DNA of 64,000 nt from the NCBI GenBank assembly GCA_023267375.1, contig JAHFNJ010000002.1, positions 23,634-87,633 on the forward strand, read 5' to 3'. Below are positions 48,519 through 59,216 of this stretch, piece by piece. Position 1 is the stretch's first letter. Each line of letters opens with the position of its first letter. Position numbers and translations under genes: made by a program. The notes beneath the pieces are model-generated. The model saw only the letters and a list, made by a program, of their open reading frames with translations, was not told the origin of the DNA and did not search any database. Origin of the DNA: Candidatus Nomurabacteria bacterium (GTDB lineage: Bacteria; Patescibacteriota; Minisyncoccia; Phycocordibacterales; UBA9973).

Positions 48519-51500
48519 ATGAAAAAAAATATATTCGAAAGTATAAAAAAATATGTGTCCTTTGTTTTTGTTCTCGCATTTTTTGTAGCGATAGTTGGTT
48601 TTGTGTCATTTCAGACCGTTAAGGCAGATGACACCGATACGGGCACAGACATCACTGTTCCCACTGATCCAGTAATTCTACCTTCAGTAGAAGATCAAGC
48701 TCCGTCGACGGATCCAGTGGTTCCACTAGTAGAGGATCCCGCGCCGACAATTGATGATGGCTCTGTGCAGACAGATACTGATATTGATATTGATAGCGTG
48801 CCGCAAACTGATGTTGTGCCATCTGAAGATTCCGCTCCAGCGCCTTCAGTTCCTGTTATGGCTCCAGAGCTCTCAAGCGACAAAGGCGACTATCATCCAG
48901 GAGAGACCGCAACTATTTTTGGAAAATACTTTGGCGCACTTGGTGATTTTATTTTGAAGATTTTCGGAAGCGATGATAATGATAATAATTACACCGAGTC
49001 TATTCAAACAGTAACGGCTGATGCAAATGGGGAATTTACTTCTTCCTATAATCTCGATGATCTTTACAGACCGTTTTATCAGATGACTGCATCAGCGCTT
49101 GATGGCACGATACTCGCAGAGGGAATGTTTCGTGATTCTGCAATTGGTACCTATGACCAATGTTCAAACGATCTTGGTTCTGGTTATGGTTCAGGAGATA
49201 CGGGGTGTCGTTGGACGAATGGTAACTTACAAGCAAACAATTCTACATATATAGAAGGCGACTCAACTGTTCAGCGTCTTTGGATTGAAGGATATGCTCC
49301 AGGCTCAACTCACACTGTTACATTCCAATACGGAACAACAAAACAAGGGAAGCGCGCATATGATTTTCTTACATCATGGGATGCGTCTGAAAATTGGGTG
49401 ACTGTCGCTGATCGTTGTCAGGATATTGCCGGATGTACAACCGCCTCTGAGACAACACTTCCAATTCCTTCTGATACAAACGGTTCAGGACAATTTGAAA
49501 CAGGAACAAGAAACTTTACGCTTCGTGGCGGAACATTAAATAGTGCAACTTCCCCAGCTATCGTTTCTGGAACATATACTGGTGACAGTGAGACTGCTAT
49601 CACGGTTACTTTTACCGTTGGTCCATCAAATGGAGCAATGTGTAAAACGAAATCAAATGTAACGAGTTGCGGTATCGCAATCTGGTTCGGAGCTCACATC
49701 GCAAAAACGTCACAGTGGAATCCGTTTGACGGTACTACAGGGGCTGGTTCAATCTCTGGTTCTCCTTATCACGTAGCACTTGCTGAAGAAGATGGAGCGT
49801 CTGTTGGACAGCGCGATAACCAAATGCAGGCAAACGCGATTATTCCAGCAAGTACAATCACTATTCACAAGGTGACAAGTCCTGATGCTGCTGATCCAAC
49901 TGTATTTAATTTTACGACCTCTGGAACAGGCTATGGCAACTTTACACTCACTGGTGGAAACCAAAATCAACAAATAGTAACTGGTACGGGAAATTTCTCA
50001 GTAACCGAAACTGTTCCTGCTGCTTGGAGTAACACTGGTTTGACTTGTACTTCATCTGGTACAGGATCTTCTGCTACACCAAATCTTGTAAATCACTCAG
50101 TAGCGATCACCATTGGTGCTGCTGGAGGTGCGACAATTGATTGTATTTATACAAACACTCTACAACAGGCCCATCTTACACTTGTAAAAACAGTTACGAA
50201 TGATAACGGTGGCACAGCAGCGACAACTGCATGGACGCTTTCTGCTTCAGGTCCAACTCCGATTTCTGGAGCAACTGGTAGTGGAACTGTAACGAATGCT
50301 TCAGTCAATGCCGGTCAGTACTCACTTTCCGAAAGTGGTGGACCATCTGGCTACACTGCGGGGACTTGGAGTTGTGTCGGTGGAACACAAAATGGTTCAA
50401 ACGTCACGCTTACTGCAGGACAAAGTGCAACTTGTACAATAAACAACAATGATAACGCTGCTCATCTTATTGTTATTAAAAATGTGATTAATGATAATGG
50501 TGGCACTAAAGTTGCTGGTGATTTCTCAGGAACTATTTCTGGTGTGACTGCAGTTGGTGGAAATACTTGGACTGGAACAATTTCTCCTGGTTTGGATAAG
50601 ACACTCGCAACTGTTGGCGCATACAATGTGACTGAAAACGCAGATGCTGGATATAACACTACATACTCAACTGATTGTGTAGGAACGATTGCGCTCGGCG
50701 AGACTAAAACATGTACAGTAACAAACAATGACAAGCCGGCTCATTTGATCGTTATCAAACACGTTATTAATGACAATGGTGGAACAAAAACTGCTTCTGA
50801 TTTCACTATGACAATTGGCGGTGTTACAGCGGTCGGAGGTAATTCATTTGCTGGTGCTGAAAATCCTGGTATTGACAAGACACTTTCAACCGTTGGTGCA
50901 TACACTGTTACCGAGGGTGCAGTTTCTGGTTACACTCAAACTTCTGCTTCAACTGATTGCTCTGGAACAATTGCACTCGGGGAAACAAAAACTTGTACGA
51001 TTACGAACGACGATATCTCACCAAAACTCACTGTCACTAAGATTGTCATCAATGATAACGGTGGAACAAAAGTAGTTTCTGATTTCCCACTCTTCGTTGG
51101 AAACACAGGAGTAACTTCAGGTGTACAGAATAATTTCAACGCAGGTGCATATGTTGTTTCTGAAACAACTGACGCAGGCTATACAAGTACAATCTCAGGC
51201 GATTGTGATGCACAAGGGAATGTCTCACTTGCACTTGCTGATGTAAAAGCATGTACCATCACCAACAACGACATCGCTCCTACACTTAAAATCGTAAAAA
51301 CTGTTATCAACGATAATGGTGGTACAAAAGTAGCATCTGATTTCCAAGGTAAAATTGATGGAAACAATACTGCATGGAACGTAGCACAAACAGTGTCTGC
51401 CGGTTCACATACTGCATCTGAAACAAATCTCCCAGGATACACAGCTGGCGTATGGGGAGGTGATTGTGCAGCTGATGGATCAGTTACACTTGGTTTAGCA

Positions 51501-54173
51501 GAAAACAAAACTTGTACAATTACAAATGATGATCAGCAGGCATACATCATCGTAGACAAGACAGTAATCAACGATAATGGTGGGACAGCAGCACCAAATG
51601 ATTTCTTGCTCACTGTTGATGGAAATGCAGTTTCTGATGAAGTGGCGTATCCTGTAAATCCAGGCGTACACACTGCAGGCGAAACACTTCTTTCTGGATA
51701 TCAAGCAGGTGCATGGGGAGGTGATTGTAATCAAAATGCATCAGTAACTGTTGCTCTTGGTGAAACAAAGACTTGTACGATCACCAACAACGATATTCAG
51801 CCAACACTTAAACTGATCAAGCATGTTGTGAACGATAATGGCGGAACGAAAGTAGTTTCTGATTTCCCATTGTTTGTTGATGCAACTCCTGTTGTATCTG
51901 GAGTAGTTAATGGATTCAATGCAGGATCATACACTGCTTCTGAAACAAATCAGACAGGTTACCAAGCTTCATCATGGAGTGGCGACTGTGCAGCTGATGG
52001 ATCAGTAACACTTGGAATTGGCGAGAATAAAGTATGTGAAATTACGAACGACGATATCTCACCAAAACTCACTGTTACTAAGATTGTCATCAATCATGGC
52101 GGAAACAAACAAGTCTCTGATTTCCCACTCTTCGTCGGAAACACAGGAGTAACTTCAGGTGTACAGAATAATTTCAACGCAGGTGCATATGTTGTTTCTG
52201 AAACAGGTGATTCAAATTACACTGCAACAATTTCTGGTGACTGTGACACACAAGGAAACGTAACTCTTGCTCTCGCCGACGTTAAAGCATGCACGATTAC
52301 AAACGAAGAAAAACCAGCGAAAGTTATTGTTCATAAAATTGTGATTAACCATGGCTTAACAAACGACGCGACACATTTCGCACCGTACAAGGTTGGTACC
52401 ACGACTGTTACTTTGGACACTGAAACAACCATGAACTCTGGTTCATACGTTGTCTCTGAAGCGACTGACACCAACTACAATGCAACATTTACCGCTGGTG
52501 ATTGTGATGCAAATGGAAATATTACACTTACCCCAGGAACAACAAAATCTTGCACGATTACAAACGAAGAAAAACCTTCAACTCTCAAATTAGTTAAGAC
52601 AGTCATCAATGATAACGGTGGAACAAAAGTAGTTTCAGATTTCGTATTGAAAATTGACTCAACCCCAGTCACTTCAGGTGTAGCAAATTCTGTAAATTCT
52701 GGATCGTACACTGCAAGTGAGATAAATCTCCCAGGATACACAGCTGGCGCTTGGGGAGGAGATTGTGCAGCTGATGGATCAGTGACTGTTCCATCAGGTA
52801 CAAACAAGGTGTGTACCATCACCAACAACGACATCGCTCCTACACTTAAAATCGTAAAAACTGTTATCAACGATAATGGTGGTACAAAAGTAGCATCTGA
52901 TTTCCAAGGTAAAATTGATGGAAACAATACTGCATGGAACGTAGCACAAACAGTGTCTGCCGGTTCACATACTGCATCTGAAACAAATCTCCCAGGATAC
53001 ACAGCTGGCGTATGGGGAGGTGATTGTGCAGCTGATGGATCAGTTACACTTGGTTTAGCAGAAAACAAAACTTGTACAATTACAAATGATGATCAAGTAG
53101 CTCATCTTATTGTTATCAAGCATGTTATTAATCATGGCGGATCGGCTGTAGCGGGGAACTTCACTATGAATGTGACTGGTACGAACGTTTCAAACCCTTC
53201 ATTTGCTGGAGCAGAAAATCCAGGTACAAATGTTACTCTTAATGCCGGAAGTTATTCTGCTGATGAATCATTAAATGCAAATTATACGAAAACTCTCGGC
53301 GCAAATTGTTCTGGCACGATCGCAAATGGTGAGACCAAGACCTGTACAATTACCAACGAAGAGAAAACTGCAAAAATTACTATCATCAAAGATGCGCAGC
53401 CAAATGACTGTCAGGACTTCGCTTTCACAGCGACCGGTCAGAGTGGTTTCTCTCTCGATGATGACAATAACGATGCTTCATGTACCGATACGAACCAGCC
53501 TGTTTCTAAATCATTTACGAATGTGAATACAGGAAATATGACGATCACTGAAACACAGCCGAACTCATTCTGGAAGCTCTCTGGCGCGACTTGTGTGAAT
53601 ACGGTTGGTGGGGGAACATACGCTTCTTCACTTGCGGGCACTTCACTGACGGTAAATCTTACACCGGGGGCAGATGTGACTTGTACCTTTGTTAACTACA
53701 AAGCAAGTCCAACCAGAACACAGGGTTTCTGGCAGACTCATACAACGTACACAACTTCCGTGTTCAATGCCGCTCCACTTTCTGGCTCAATGTTCATCGG
53801 CAATGGCACGACGCATAAGGGTCCAGTTGATACGATCGGCAAAGTGTTCGGTGCTTTCTACTCAAACATTGCGAAGAAAACTGTCGGTGGAAATCGCACA
53901 TCGATTGATAAGGCCCGCATGCAACTTCTGCAACAACTCGTTGCTGCGAAGTTAAACTGCGCAAACTTCGGCTGTTCAGCATCTGTACAAACAATGATTA
54001 CTGCAGCTGATGCTGCCTACGCAGGCACGTCAGAAGCAGCTATCTTGAGTTTTGTTGGACAGGTTGACGCGTACAACAACTCAGGTGATACGCTTACTAT
54101 CGGCAACGCCGGAAGTGCGACACCTCAGACTTCAAAGACGCTTGCCAACATGGCTTTCTGGGATCTTCCGTAA
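48519..54173 (+). CDS. Giant secreted surface protein with more than a dozen ~85-aa Ig/prealbumin-like repeats
   Basis: Signal peptide after MKKN; repeated K.VINDNGGT...Y...E...C.G...CTITN units. Confidence 0.85.
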   Translation: MKKNIFESIKKYVSFVFVLAFFVAIVGFVSFQTVKADDTDTGTDITVPTDPVILPSVEDQAPSTDPVVPLVEDPAPTIDDGSVQTDTDIDIDSVPQTDVVPSEDSAPAPSVPVMAPELSSDKGDYHPGETATIFGKYFGALGDFILKIFGSDDNDNNYTESIQTVTADANGEFTSSYNLDDLYRPFYQMTASALDGTILAEGMFRDSAIGTYDQCSNDLGSGYGSGDTGCRWTNGNLQANNSTYIEGDSTVQRLWIEGYAPGSTHTVTFQYGTTKQGKRAYDFLTSWDASENWVTVADRCQDIAGCTTASETTLPIPSDTNGSGQFETGTRNFTLRGGTLNSATSPAIVSGTYTGDSETAITVTFTVGPSNGAMCKTKSNVTSCGIAIWFGAHIAKTSQWNPFDGTTGAGSISGSPYHVALAEEDGASVGQRDNQMQANAIIPASTITIHKVTSPDAADPTVFNFTTSGTGYGNFTLTGGNQNQQIVTGTGNFSVTETVPAAWSNTGLTCTSSGTGSSATPNLVNHSVAITIGAAGGATIDCIYTNTLQQAHLTLVKTVTNDNGGTAATTAWTLSASGPTPISGATGSGTVTNASVNAGQYSLSESGGPSGYTAGTWSCVGGTQNGSNVTLTAGQSATCTINNNDNAAHLIVIKNVINDNGGTKVAGDFSGTISGVTAVGGNTWTGTISPGLDKTLATVGAYNVTENADAGYNTTYSTDCVGTIALGETKTCTVTNNDKPAHLIVIKHVINDNGGTKTASDFTMTIGGVTAVGGNSFAGAENPGIDKTLSTVGAYTVTEGAVSGYTQTSASTDCSGTIALGETKTCTITNDDISPKLTVTKIVINDNGGTKVVSDFPLFVGNTGVTSGVQNNFNAGAYVVSETTDAGYTSTISGDCDAQGNVSLALADVKACTITNNDIAPTLKIVKTVINDNGGTKVASDFQGKIDGNNTAWNVAQTVSAGSHTASETNLPGYTAGVWGGDCAADGSVTLGLAENKTCTITNDDQQAYIIVDKTVINDNGGTAAPNDFLLTVDGNAVSDEVAYPVNPGVHTAGETLLSGYQAGAWGGDCNQNASVTVALGETKTCTITNNDIQPTLKLIKHVVNDNGGTKVVSDFPLFVDATPVVSGVVNGFNAGSYTASETNQTGYQASSWSGDCAADGSVTLGIGENKVCEITNDDISPKLTVTKIVINHGGNKQVSDFPLFVGNTGVTSGVQNNFNAGAYVVSETGDSNYTATISGDCDTQGNVTLALADVKACTITNEEKPAKVIVHKIVINHGLTNDATHFAPYKVGTTTVTLDTETTMNSGSYVVSEATDTNYNATFTAGDCDANGNITLTPGTTKSCTITNEEKPSTLKLVKTVINDNGGTKVVSDFVLKIDSTPVTSGVANSVNSGSYTASEINLPGYTAGAWGGDCAADGSVTVPSGTNKVCTITNNDIAPTLKIVKTVINDNGGTKVASDFQGKIDGNNTAWNVAQTVSAGSHTASETNLPGYTAGVWGGDCAADGSVTLGLAENKTCTITNDDQVAHLIVIKHVINHGGSAVAGNFTMNVTGTNVSNPSFAGAENPGTNVTLNAGSYSADESLNANYTKTLGANCSGTIANGETKTCTITNEEKTAKITIIKDAQPNDCQDFAFTATGQSGFSLDDDNNDASCTDTNQPVSKSFTNVNTGNMTITETQPNSFWKLSGATCVNTVGGGTYASSLAGTSLTVNLTPGADVTCTFVNYKASPTRTQGFWQTHTTYTTSVFNAAPLSGSMFIGNGTTHKGPVDTIGKVFGAFYSNIAKKTVGGNRTSIDKARMQLLQQLVAAKLNCANFGCSASVQTMITAADAAYAGTSEAAILSFVGQVDAYNNSGDTLTIGNAGSATPQTSKTLANMAFWDLP
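51252..53095 (+). repeat. Identical ~284-bp intragenic duplication (51252-51535 and 52812-53095)
   Basis: Sequence lines match at an offset of 1560. Confidence 0.85.
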
Positions 54174-54190
54174 AGAAAAGCCTCTCTAAA

Positions 54191-54226
54191 AACAAAACCC
54201 CTCCCGCGTGGAGGGGTTTTGTTTTT
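54191..54226 (+). terminator. Intrinsic terminator
   Basis: AACAAAACCCCTCC-CGCGT-GGAGGGGTTTTGTTTT. Confidence 0.8.
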
Positions 54227-54432
54227 GTGGGGAAGTATCTATATATACATATGTCATAAGCATAGAATCATAAAGGACACTGTCCTTTATGATTCTATGC
54301 GAGAGCAACAGGAGAACGTTTCTAAAGATAGGGAAGAGCGTAATAATCTTGTTCTTCCTACGGCCCCTATTAATAGAAAGATCTATGGCATGTGTCAGTC
54401 GTTTTTGTGGGGTGTTCTATTGACTGATTCTA

Positions 54433-54462
54433 TTGACAATTGTCTATTAAAAGGTGTAGAAT
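54433..54462 (+). promoter_or_regulatory. Sigma70-type promoter
   Basis: TTGACA-18 nt-TAGAAT upstream of the 54601 gene. Confidence 0.55.
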
Positions 54463-54600
54463 AGGCGCAGATTAAGTACCGCCACATTTGTGGTTTTTAA
54501 GTGCTTCAAAGCGCTTGTTTATCAATTTTATTTTAGTATTTTTAGGGTCGCGTGAGTCTTATAAGGACTCATACCATTATAAGTTTTACTATTTTATTTT

Positions 54601-57600
54601 ATGTATAAGAAACTTCTAGGTTTTGTTTCAGTCGGAGTAATACTTGGTTTTTTACTACCAACACTCGCTCTTGCTGATGGAAATGTGCAGATTCTCACTA
54701 TCAATGGTCAGGATTTGAATGGAGGACCGCTTCCTTGTATTGCTGGTCCTATTTCTATTACTGGAGACGGAATTACCGGACAACAGGGTGGCACTTGGCA
54801 CGTAGATGTCAATTGGGGAGATGGAGTCATTAATCCTGTAGTTATAACTTCTGGAACATTAGGTGGTAAAAATTCAGTTTTTGCCTTTTCTGCTTCACAT
54901 ACACCAGTTGGTTCCAGTACTGGTTTGACACTTACCTTGTATCACAGCCAGCCATCAGGTGAGGATGGTAAGGTTATTATCATCAATCAATGTGTAGCTC
55001 CTCCGACTACCGCAGTTCTTACTGTAAAAAAACATGTTGAGAACGATAATCTTTTCCCGGGCACAGCCGTTGCATCGGATTTCATGATTCATGTCAAAAA
55101 TGGTTCAAATGAAGTGCCAAACGGCGGCAATGGTGTTTTCAGTCCGACTACAGGTTCTGAGACAGGAAAGGATTTCATTATTACTCCAGCTGCAGGCAAT
55201 TATGTACTAAGTGAAGATGCTTTCTCTGGATATACACAAAAAAGTATTGTTTGTGCAAACACATCTGACAACATTTCTCTTCCGGGTACCGGTTTCCCGC
55301 TTACGGTAGGGAAGAACTATCTTTGTACTATTACAAACAACGACGACGTTGTTAAAGTAACTCCAACACTTTCAGTTACAAACTCTCCAGTAACCTACAA
55401 CGGTTCTGCACAAGCAGCAGCTGTTTCAGGTTCAGTTTCTGGTGTGGTTACTGATGTAAAGTACGGTGGCTCTTCTACTGTGCCGACGAATGCTGGTACA
55501 TATGCGATAACTGCAGACTTCGCACCAACAGATGCAGTCAATTACAACAGTTTGAACGATGCTTCCGCTGGAAATTTCGTTATCAATAAAGCAGATTCAA
55601 CAACAACGGTTACCTGCTCTGATGTGACCTACACTGGCAGTGCGCAAACTCCTTGTATGGCATCAGTTACCGGTGCTGGCGGTTTATCATTGAACCCAAC
55701 GCCTATCTATACGGACAATACAAATGCTGGAACTGGACATGCGAGTTACACGTACGCAGGTGATGCAAACCACAACGGCAGCAGTGATTCCGATACCTTC
55801 ACTATTTCTAAGGCTGATGCAGCAACAATTACCGTTACACCATACGCAGTAACGTACAATGGCAATTCTCATACCGCTACCGCTACCGCTTTCGGTATTC
55901 TCGGTGAAGATTTGAGTTCGCTCTTTGATCTTTCTGGTACCACTCATACGGATGCAGGAAGTTATATCGATGGATGGAGTTTTGCTGGCAATGATAATTA
56001 CAACAGTGCTACTGGCGATGTTGATGACGAAATCGCAAAAGCTGACCAGACGATTACCTTTACGGTCGGTGACCACATCTTTGGTGATGCTGACTTCGCT
56101 ATCTCTGCAACTGCAACATCCGGACTTCCAGTTTCATTTGCTGTGGTGAGTGGCGACTGTGAGCTTGTTGGGAATACGACAGTTCACATTACTGGCGCGG
56201 GCGATTGTAAAATTGTTGCTACACAAGGCGGAAATGAGAATTATAATCCAGCACCGGATGTAACACGCACATTTAACATTGATAAAGCTGACCAGGCGAT
56301 CACCTTTGATCCGCTTGCTGATATGACCTATGGCGATGCTGACTTCACTGTCTCAGCCACTGCTGATTCTGGACTCGATGTTACTTTCAGTGCAGCAGGG
56401 GATTGTACGGTAACCGGCACTACGGTTCACATTACCGGCGCTGGTTCATGCACGATTACTGCTTCACAAGAAGGCAACGATGATTACAATCCGGCTTCAG
56501 ACGTTGAACAGACGTTCACTATCAATAAATCAACCGCAGTTACTATTACAGTAACCCCTTACTCTGTTACCTACGATGGTATTGCTCACACCGCGACCGC
56601 TAGTGCAACCGGCTTTTTCGGCGAAGACTTGAGTTCACTCTTCGATCTTACTGGTACTACGCATACTGATGCAGGAAGCTACAGTGATACATGGATTTTT
56701 AATGGCAATGATAACTATGAAAGTGCAACTGACGTAGTTACTGACGAAATCGCAAAAGCTGACCAGACCATTACGTTTGACCCACTGACTGACAAAGTTA
56801 TGGGCGATGCAGACTTTGATGTTGCAGCGACTGCAACATCAGGACTTCCAGTCACCTTCACGGTGGGCGATGGAAGTACCTGCACTATTTCTGGCACCAC
56901 TGTACATTTGACTGGAGTAGGTTCATGCACGATTATTGCAAATCAAGATGGAGATGATAACTATAATGCAGCAGATCCCGTATCTCAAACATTCACTATT
57001 GCAACACTTCTCCATACTATTACTGCCTCTGCGGGTACTCATGGAGCAATCTCTCCTCTAGGTTTTGTAACTGTTGCTGATGGCACTGATCAATCATTCA
57101 CAATGACTTCAGACAGCGGTTACCACATCGCAGACGTTTTGGTTGATGGTTCATCAGTTGGTGCAGTTAGTACCTATAACTTTACCGCTGTTACTGCTGA
57201 TCATACGATTGCTGTATCGTTTGAAATTGATGCAGCAAAACCTGCATGTTCCGATGGTATCGATAACGATAACGACAATAAGACAGATTACTCAGATCCA
57301 GGTTGTCACACAGATGGAAATGTAAACAACGAAGGTTCATACAATCCAAATGGCAACAGTGAAGTAGATCCAGTCATGCCTGAATGTTCTGATGGTATTG
57401 ATAACGATGGTGATCATAAAACAGATATACAAGATCCAGGTTGTCACACTGATGGTAAAGCAAATAATCCTGACTCATACGATCCAAGTGACAATAAAGA
57501 GAAAACTGGTGGACAGTCTACCAGTGGTGGCGGTCACTGGAGTGGCGGGGGATCACCAGCAGGAGAAGTTTTGGGTGCCTCAAACATCTGCGGCGTCTAC

Positions 57601-57906
57601 CTTGATAAATACCTCCGCATGGGATCTGATAACAACCCAGTAGCTGTTGAAGCTCTCCAGAAATTCCTCAATCAATTTATGAATGCCGGACTTACTGTTG
57701 ATGGAAAGTTTGGTGGGTTGACCGACAAGTTCGTTCGCCTCTTCCAGACTGCTCATGCTGATAAGATTTTGACTCCATGGGGTCTTCCAGCAAACAAGCC
57801 AACAGGTATTGTGTACCTCACAACTACGACTGAAATAAACAACATCATGTGTCCTGAATTGCAGTTGCCAATCCCTACGAACCTTGTTCCATGGGGTAAG
57901 CAATAA
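54601..57906 (+). CDS. Large surface protein: MBG/Ig-like repeats, CSDGIDND Ca-binding repeats, C-terminal peptidoglycan-binding-like domain
   Basis: Signal peptide, KADQTITF repeats, two CSDGIDND..DPGC units, LQKFLN...VDGKFG..T..FVRLFQ. Confidence 0.85.
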   Translation: MYKKLLGFVSVGVILGFLLPTLALADGNVQILTINGQDLNGGPLPCIAGPISITGDGITGQQGGTWHVDVNWGDGVINPVVITSGTLGGKNSVFAFSASHTPVGSSTGLTLTLYHSQPSGEDGKVIIINQCVAPPTTAVLTVKKHVENDNLFPGTAVASDFMIHVKNGSNEVPNGGNGVFSPTTGSETGKDFIITPAAGNYVLSEDAFSGYTQKSIVCANTSDNISLPGTGFPLTVGKNYLCTITNNDDVVKVTPTLSVTNSPVTYNGSAQAAAVSGSVSGVVTDVKYGGSSTVPTNAGTYAITADFAPTDAVNYNSLNDASAGNFVINKADSTTTVTCSDVTYTGSAQTPCMASVTGAGGLSLNPTPIYTDNTNAGTGHASYTYAGDANHNGSSDSDTFTISKADAATITVTPYAVTYNGNSHTATATAFGILGEDLSSLFDLSGTTHTDAGSYIDGWSFAGNDNYNSATGDVDDEIAKADQTITFTVGDHIFGDADFAISATATSGLPVSFAVVSGDCELVGNTTVHITGAGDCKIVATQGGNENYNPAPDVTRTFNIDKADQAITFDPLADMTYGDADFTVSATADSGLDVTFSAAGDCTVTGTTVHITGAGSCTITASQEGNDDYNPASDVEQTFTINKSTAVTITVTPYSVTYDGIAHTATASATGFFGEDLSSLFDLTGTTHTDAGSYSDTWIFNGNDNYESATDVVTDEIAKADQTITFDPLTDKVMGDADFDVAATATSGLPVTFTVGDGSTCTISGTTVHLTGVGSCTIIANQDGDDNYNAADPVSQTFTIATLLHTITASAGTHGAISPLGFVTVADGTDQSFTMTSDSGYHIADVLVDGSSVGAVSTYNFTAVTADHTIAVSFEIDAAKPACSDGIDNDNDNKTDYSDPGCHTDGNVNNEGSYNPNGNSEVDPVMPECSDGIDNDGDHKTDIQDPGCHTDGKANNPDSYDPSDNKEKTGGQSTSGGGHWSGGGSPAGEVLGASNICGVYLDKYLRMGSDNNPVAVEALQKFLNQFMNAGLTVDGKFGGLTDKFVRLFQTAHADKILTPWGLPANKPTGIVYLTTTTEINNIMCPELQLPIPTNLVPWGKQ

Positions 57907-57934
57907 GAGCAATCAAACACCTTCTGTAAGAAGC

Positions 57935-57967
57935 AAAAAATCACCTTATTCTATAAGGTGATTTTTT
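57935..57967 (+). terminator. Intrinsic terminator
   Basis: AAAAAATCACCTTAT-TCT-ATAAGGTGATTTTTT. Confidence 0.8.
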
Positions 57968-58024
57968 GTTGACGTTTTGCGACTTGTGTTTTGTAATGTT
58001 TCATGATATAATTGGGGCACCTTT

Positions 58025-58168
58025 ATGAATCCGGTAGTAGACAATGGCATTGCCGAGTGATAGCGAGGTATTGGTAGAAAATATTTATTTTGCAAATTAT
58101 GAACACTAATTATCATATAAAGAAAACGGCAGAAACCAATAATGCCATTTTTCACTAACCGGATGAAG
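58025..58168 (+). mobile_element. MITE-like element at a start codon, copy B (ATGAA duplicated)
   Basis: CCGGTAGTAGACAATGGCATT...AATGCCATTTTTCACTAACCGG; homolog of 42271-42416. Confidence 0.75.
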
Positions 58169-59212
58169 CCTCACGAAGCGCTCAAACATTACTTTATTCC
58201 TCACGTTGGCAACGACTATAAGCCGCACTTTTTCCGTGAGATTTCAATCACGGTCTTTTTAGTTGCTATCATCGTTCTCTTTGCTACCTCTGCGGGAACT
58301 TCTTTTGTGATAAAGAAAACAGACTTGGGCGCAGCGGTCCTTCCAGCGGTGCTTGTCGATCTGACAAACGATAGCCGTACCGCAAACGGAGAATTGGCGC
58401 TTGCAAAAAGTGTTCTGCTTGAGCAAGCCGCAACACTCAAAGCAGGAGATATGTCGAGCAAGAGTTACTTTGCTCACGTGAGTCCTGAAGGCGTTACGCC
58501 ATGGCATTGGTTTTCACAAGCTGGTTACAATTTTATTTATGCAGGCGAAAATTTAGCTGTTGATTTCTCCGAATCTACTGATGTGCAGAACGCATGGCTC
58601 GCATCGCCGACTCATCGTGCAAATATTTTAAATGGTAAATTTACTGAAATCGGTATCGCAACGAAAGAGGGAACATACAAAGGCCATCCGACGATTTTTG
58701 TCGTACAAGAGTTCGGCAAACCGCTTACGTTTGATTTTCCTGCAGGGACGGGCCCAACAACTACTAAAACAACCCCAGCTTCACCTGTGGTGGTTCCTGT
58801 GCCGGTTGCTTCAGCCGCTGGAGCGGAAGTTCGCGGTGCTACAGTAACTCAAAATCAGCTTGAAGTAATTGCGCAGAATACAACGGATACGAATACATTC
58901 GTTGCCGTTAAAAATGTCGCAGCTGCAGAAGCCGCTGATCAAGCACCTACGACAAACGAGATACCGCAAGCAACACCACCAGTACACTATGCTTCATGGT
59001 ACGATCGTTTTCTCGTATTCGGACCAAACTACACAAATCTTCTCTTTATGATTCTCATGGGCATTGTCTTTGTCGCGCTTGTTATCATGGTAGTGCTTGA
59101 ATTCAAGAAACAGCATCCTAAAAATATCATGTACGGAGTACTTATTCTCCTTGTTCTTATCTCGCTTGCGTACATCAACCAGTCAGTCTTTGTCTGGCAT
59201 TTCATGATCTAA
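58163..59212 (+). CDS. CAP (SCP) domain membrane protein
   Basis: TNDSR, KAGDM..YFAH, AGENLA, WLASPTHRANIL; likely start is the ATG at 58163. Confidence 0.9.
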   Translation: MKPHEALKHYFIPHVGNDYKPHFFREISITVFLVAIIVLFATSAGTSFVIKKTDLGAAVLPAVLVDLTNDSRTANGELALAKSVLLEQAATLKAGDMSSKSYFAHVSPEGVTPWHWFSQAGYNFIYAGENLAVDFSESTDVQNAWLASPTHRANILNGKFTEIGIATKEGTYKGHPTIFVVQEFGKPLTFDFPAGTGPTTTKTTPASPVVVPVPVASAAGAEVRGATVTQNQLEVIAQNTTDTNTFVAVKNVAAAEAADQAPTTNEIPQATPPVHYASWYDRFLVFGPNYTNLLFMILMGIVFVALVIMVVLEFKKQHPKNIMYGVLILLVLISLAYINQSVFVWHFMI

Positions 59213-59216
59213 CATA

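Noticed and set aside
50160..53370. Regularly spaced repeats as a possible CRISPR array
   Set aside because: They are in-frame ~255-bp protein-domain repeats, with no repeat-spacer pattern and no cas genes.
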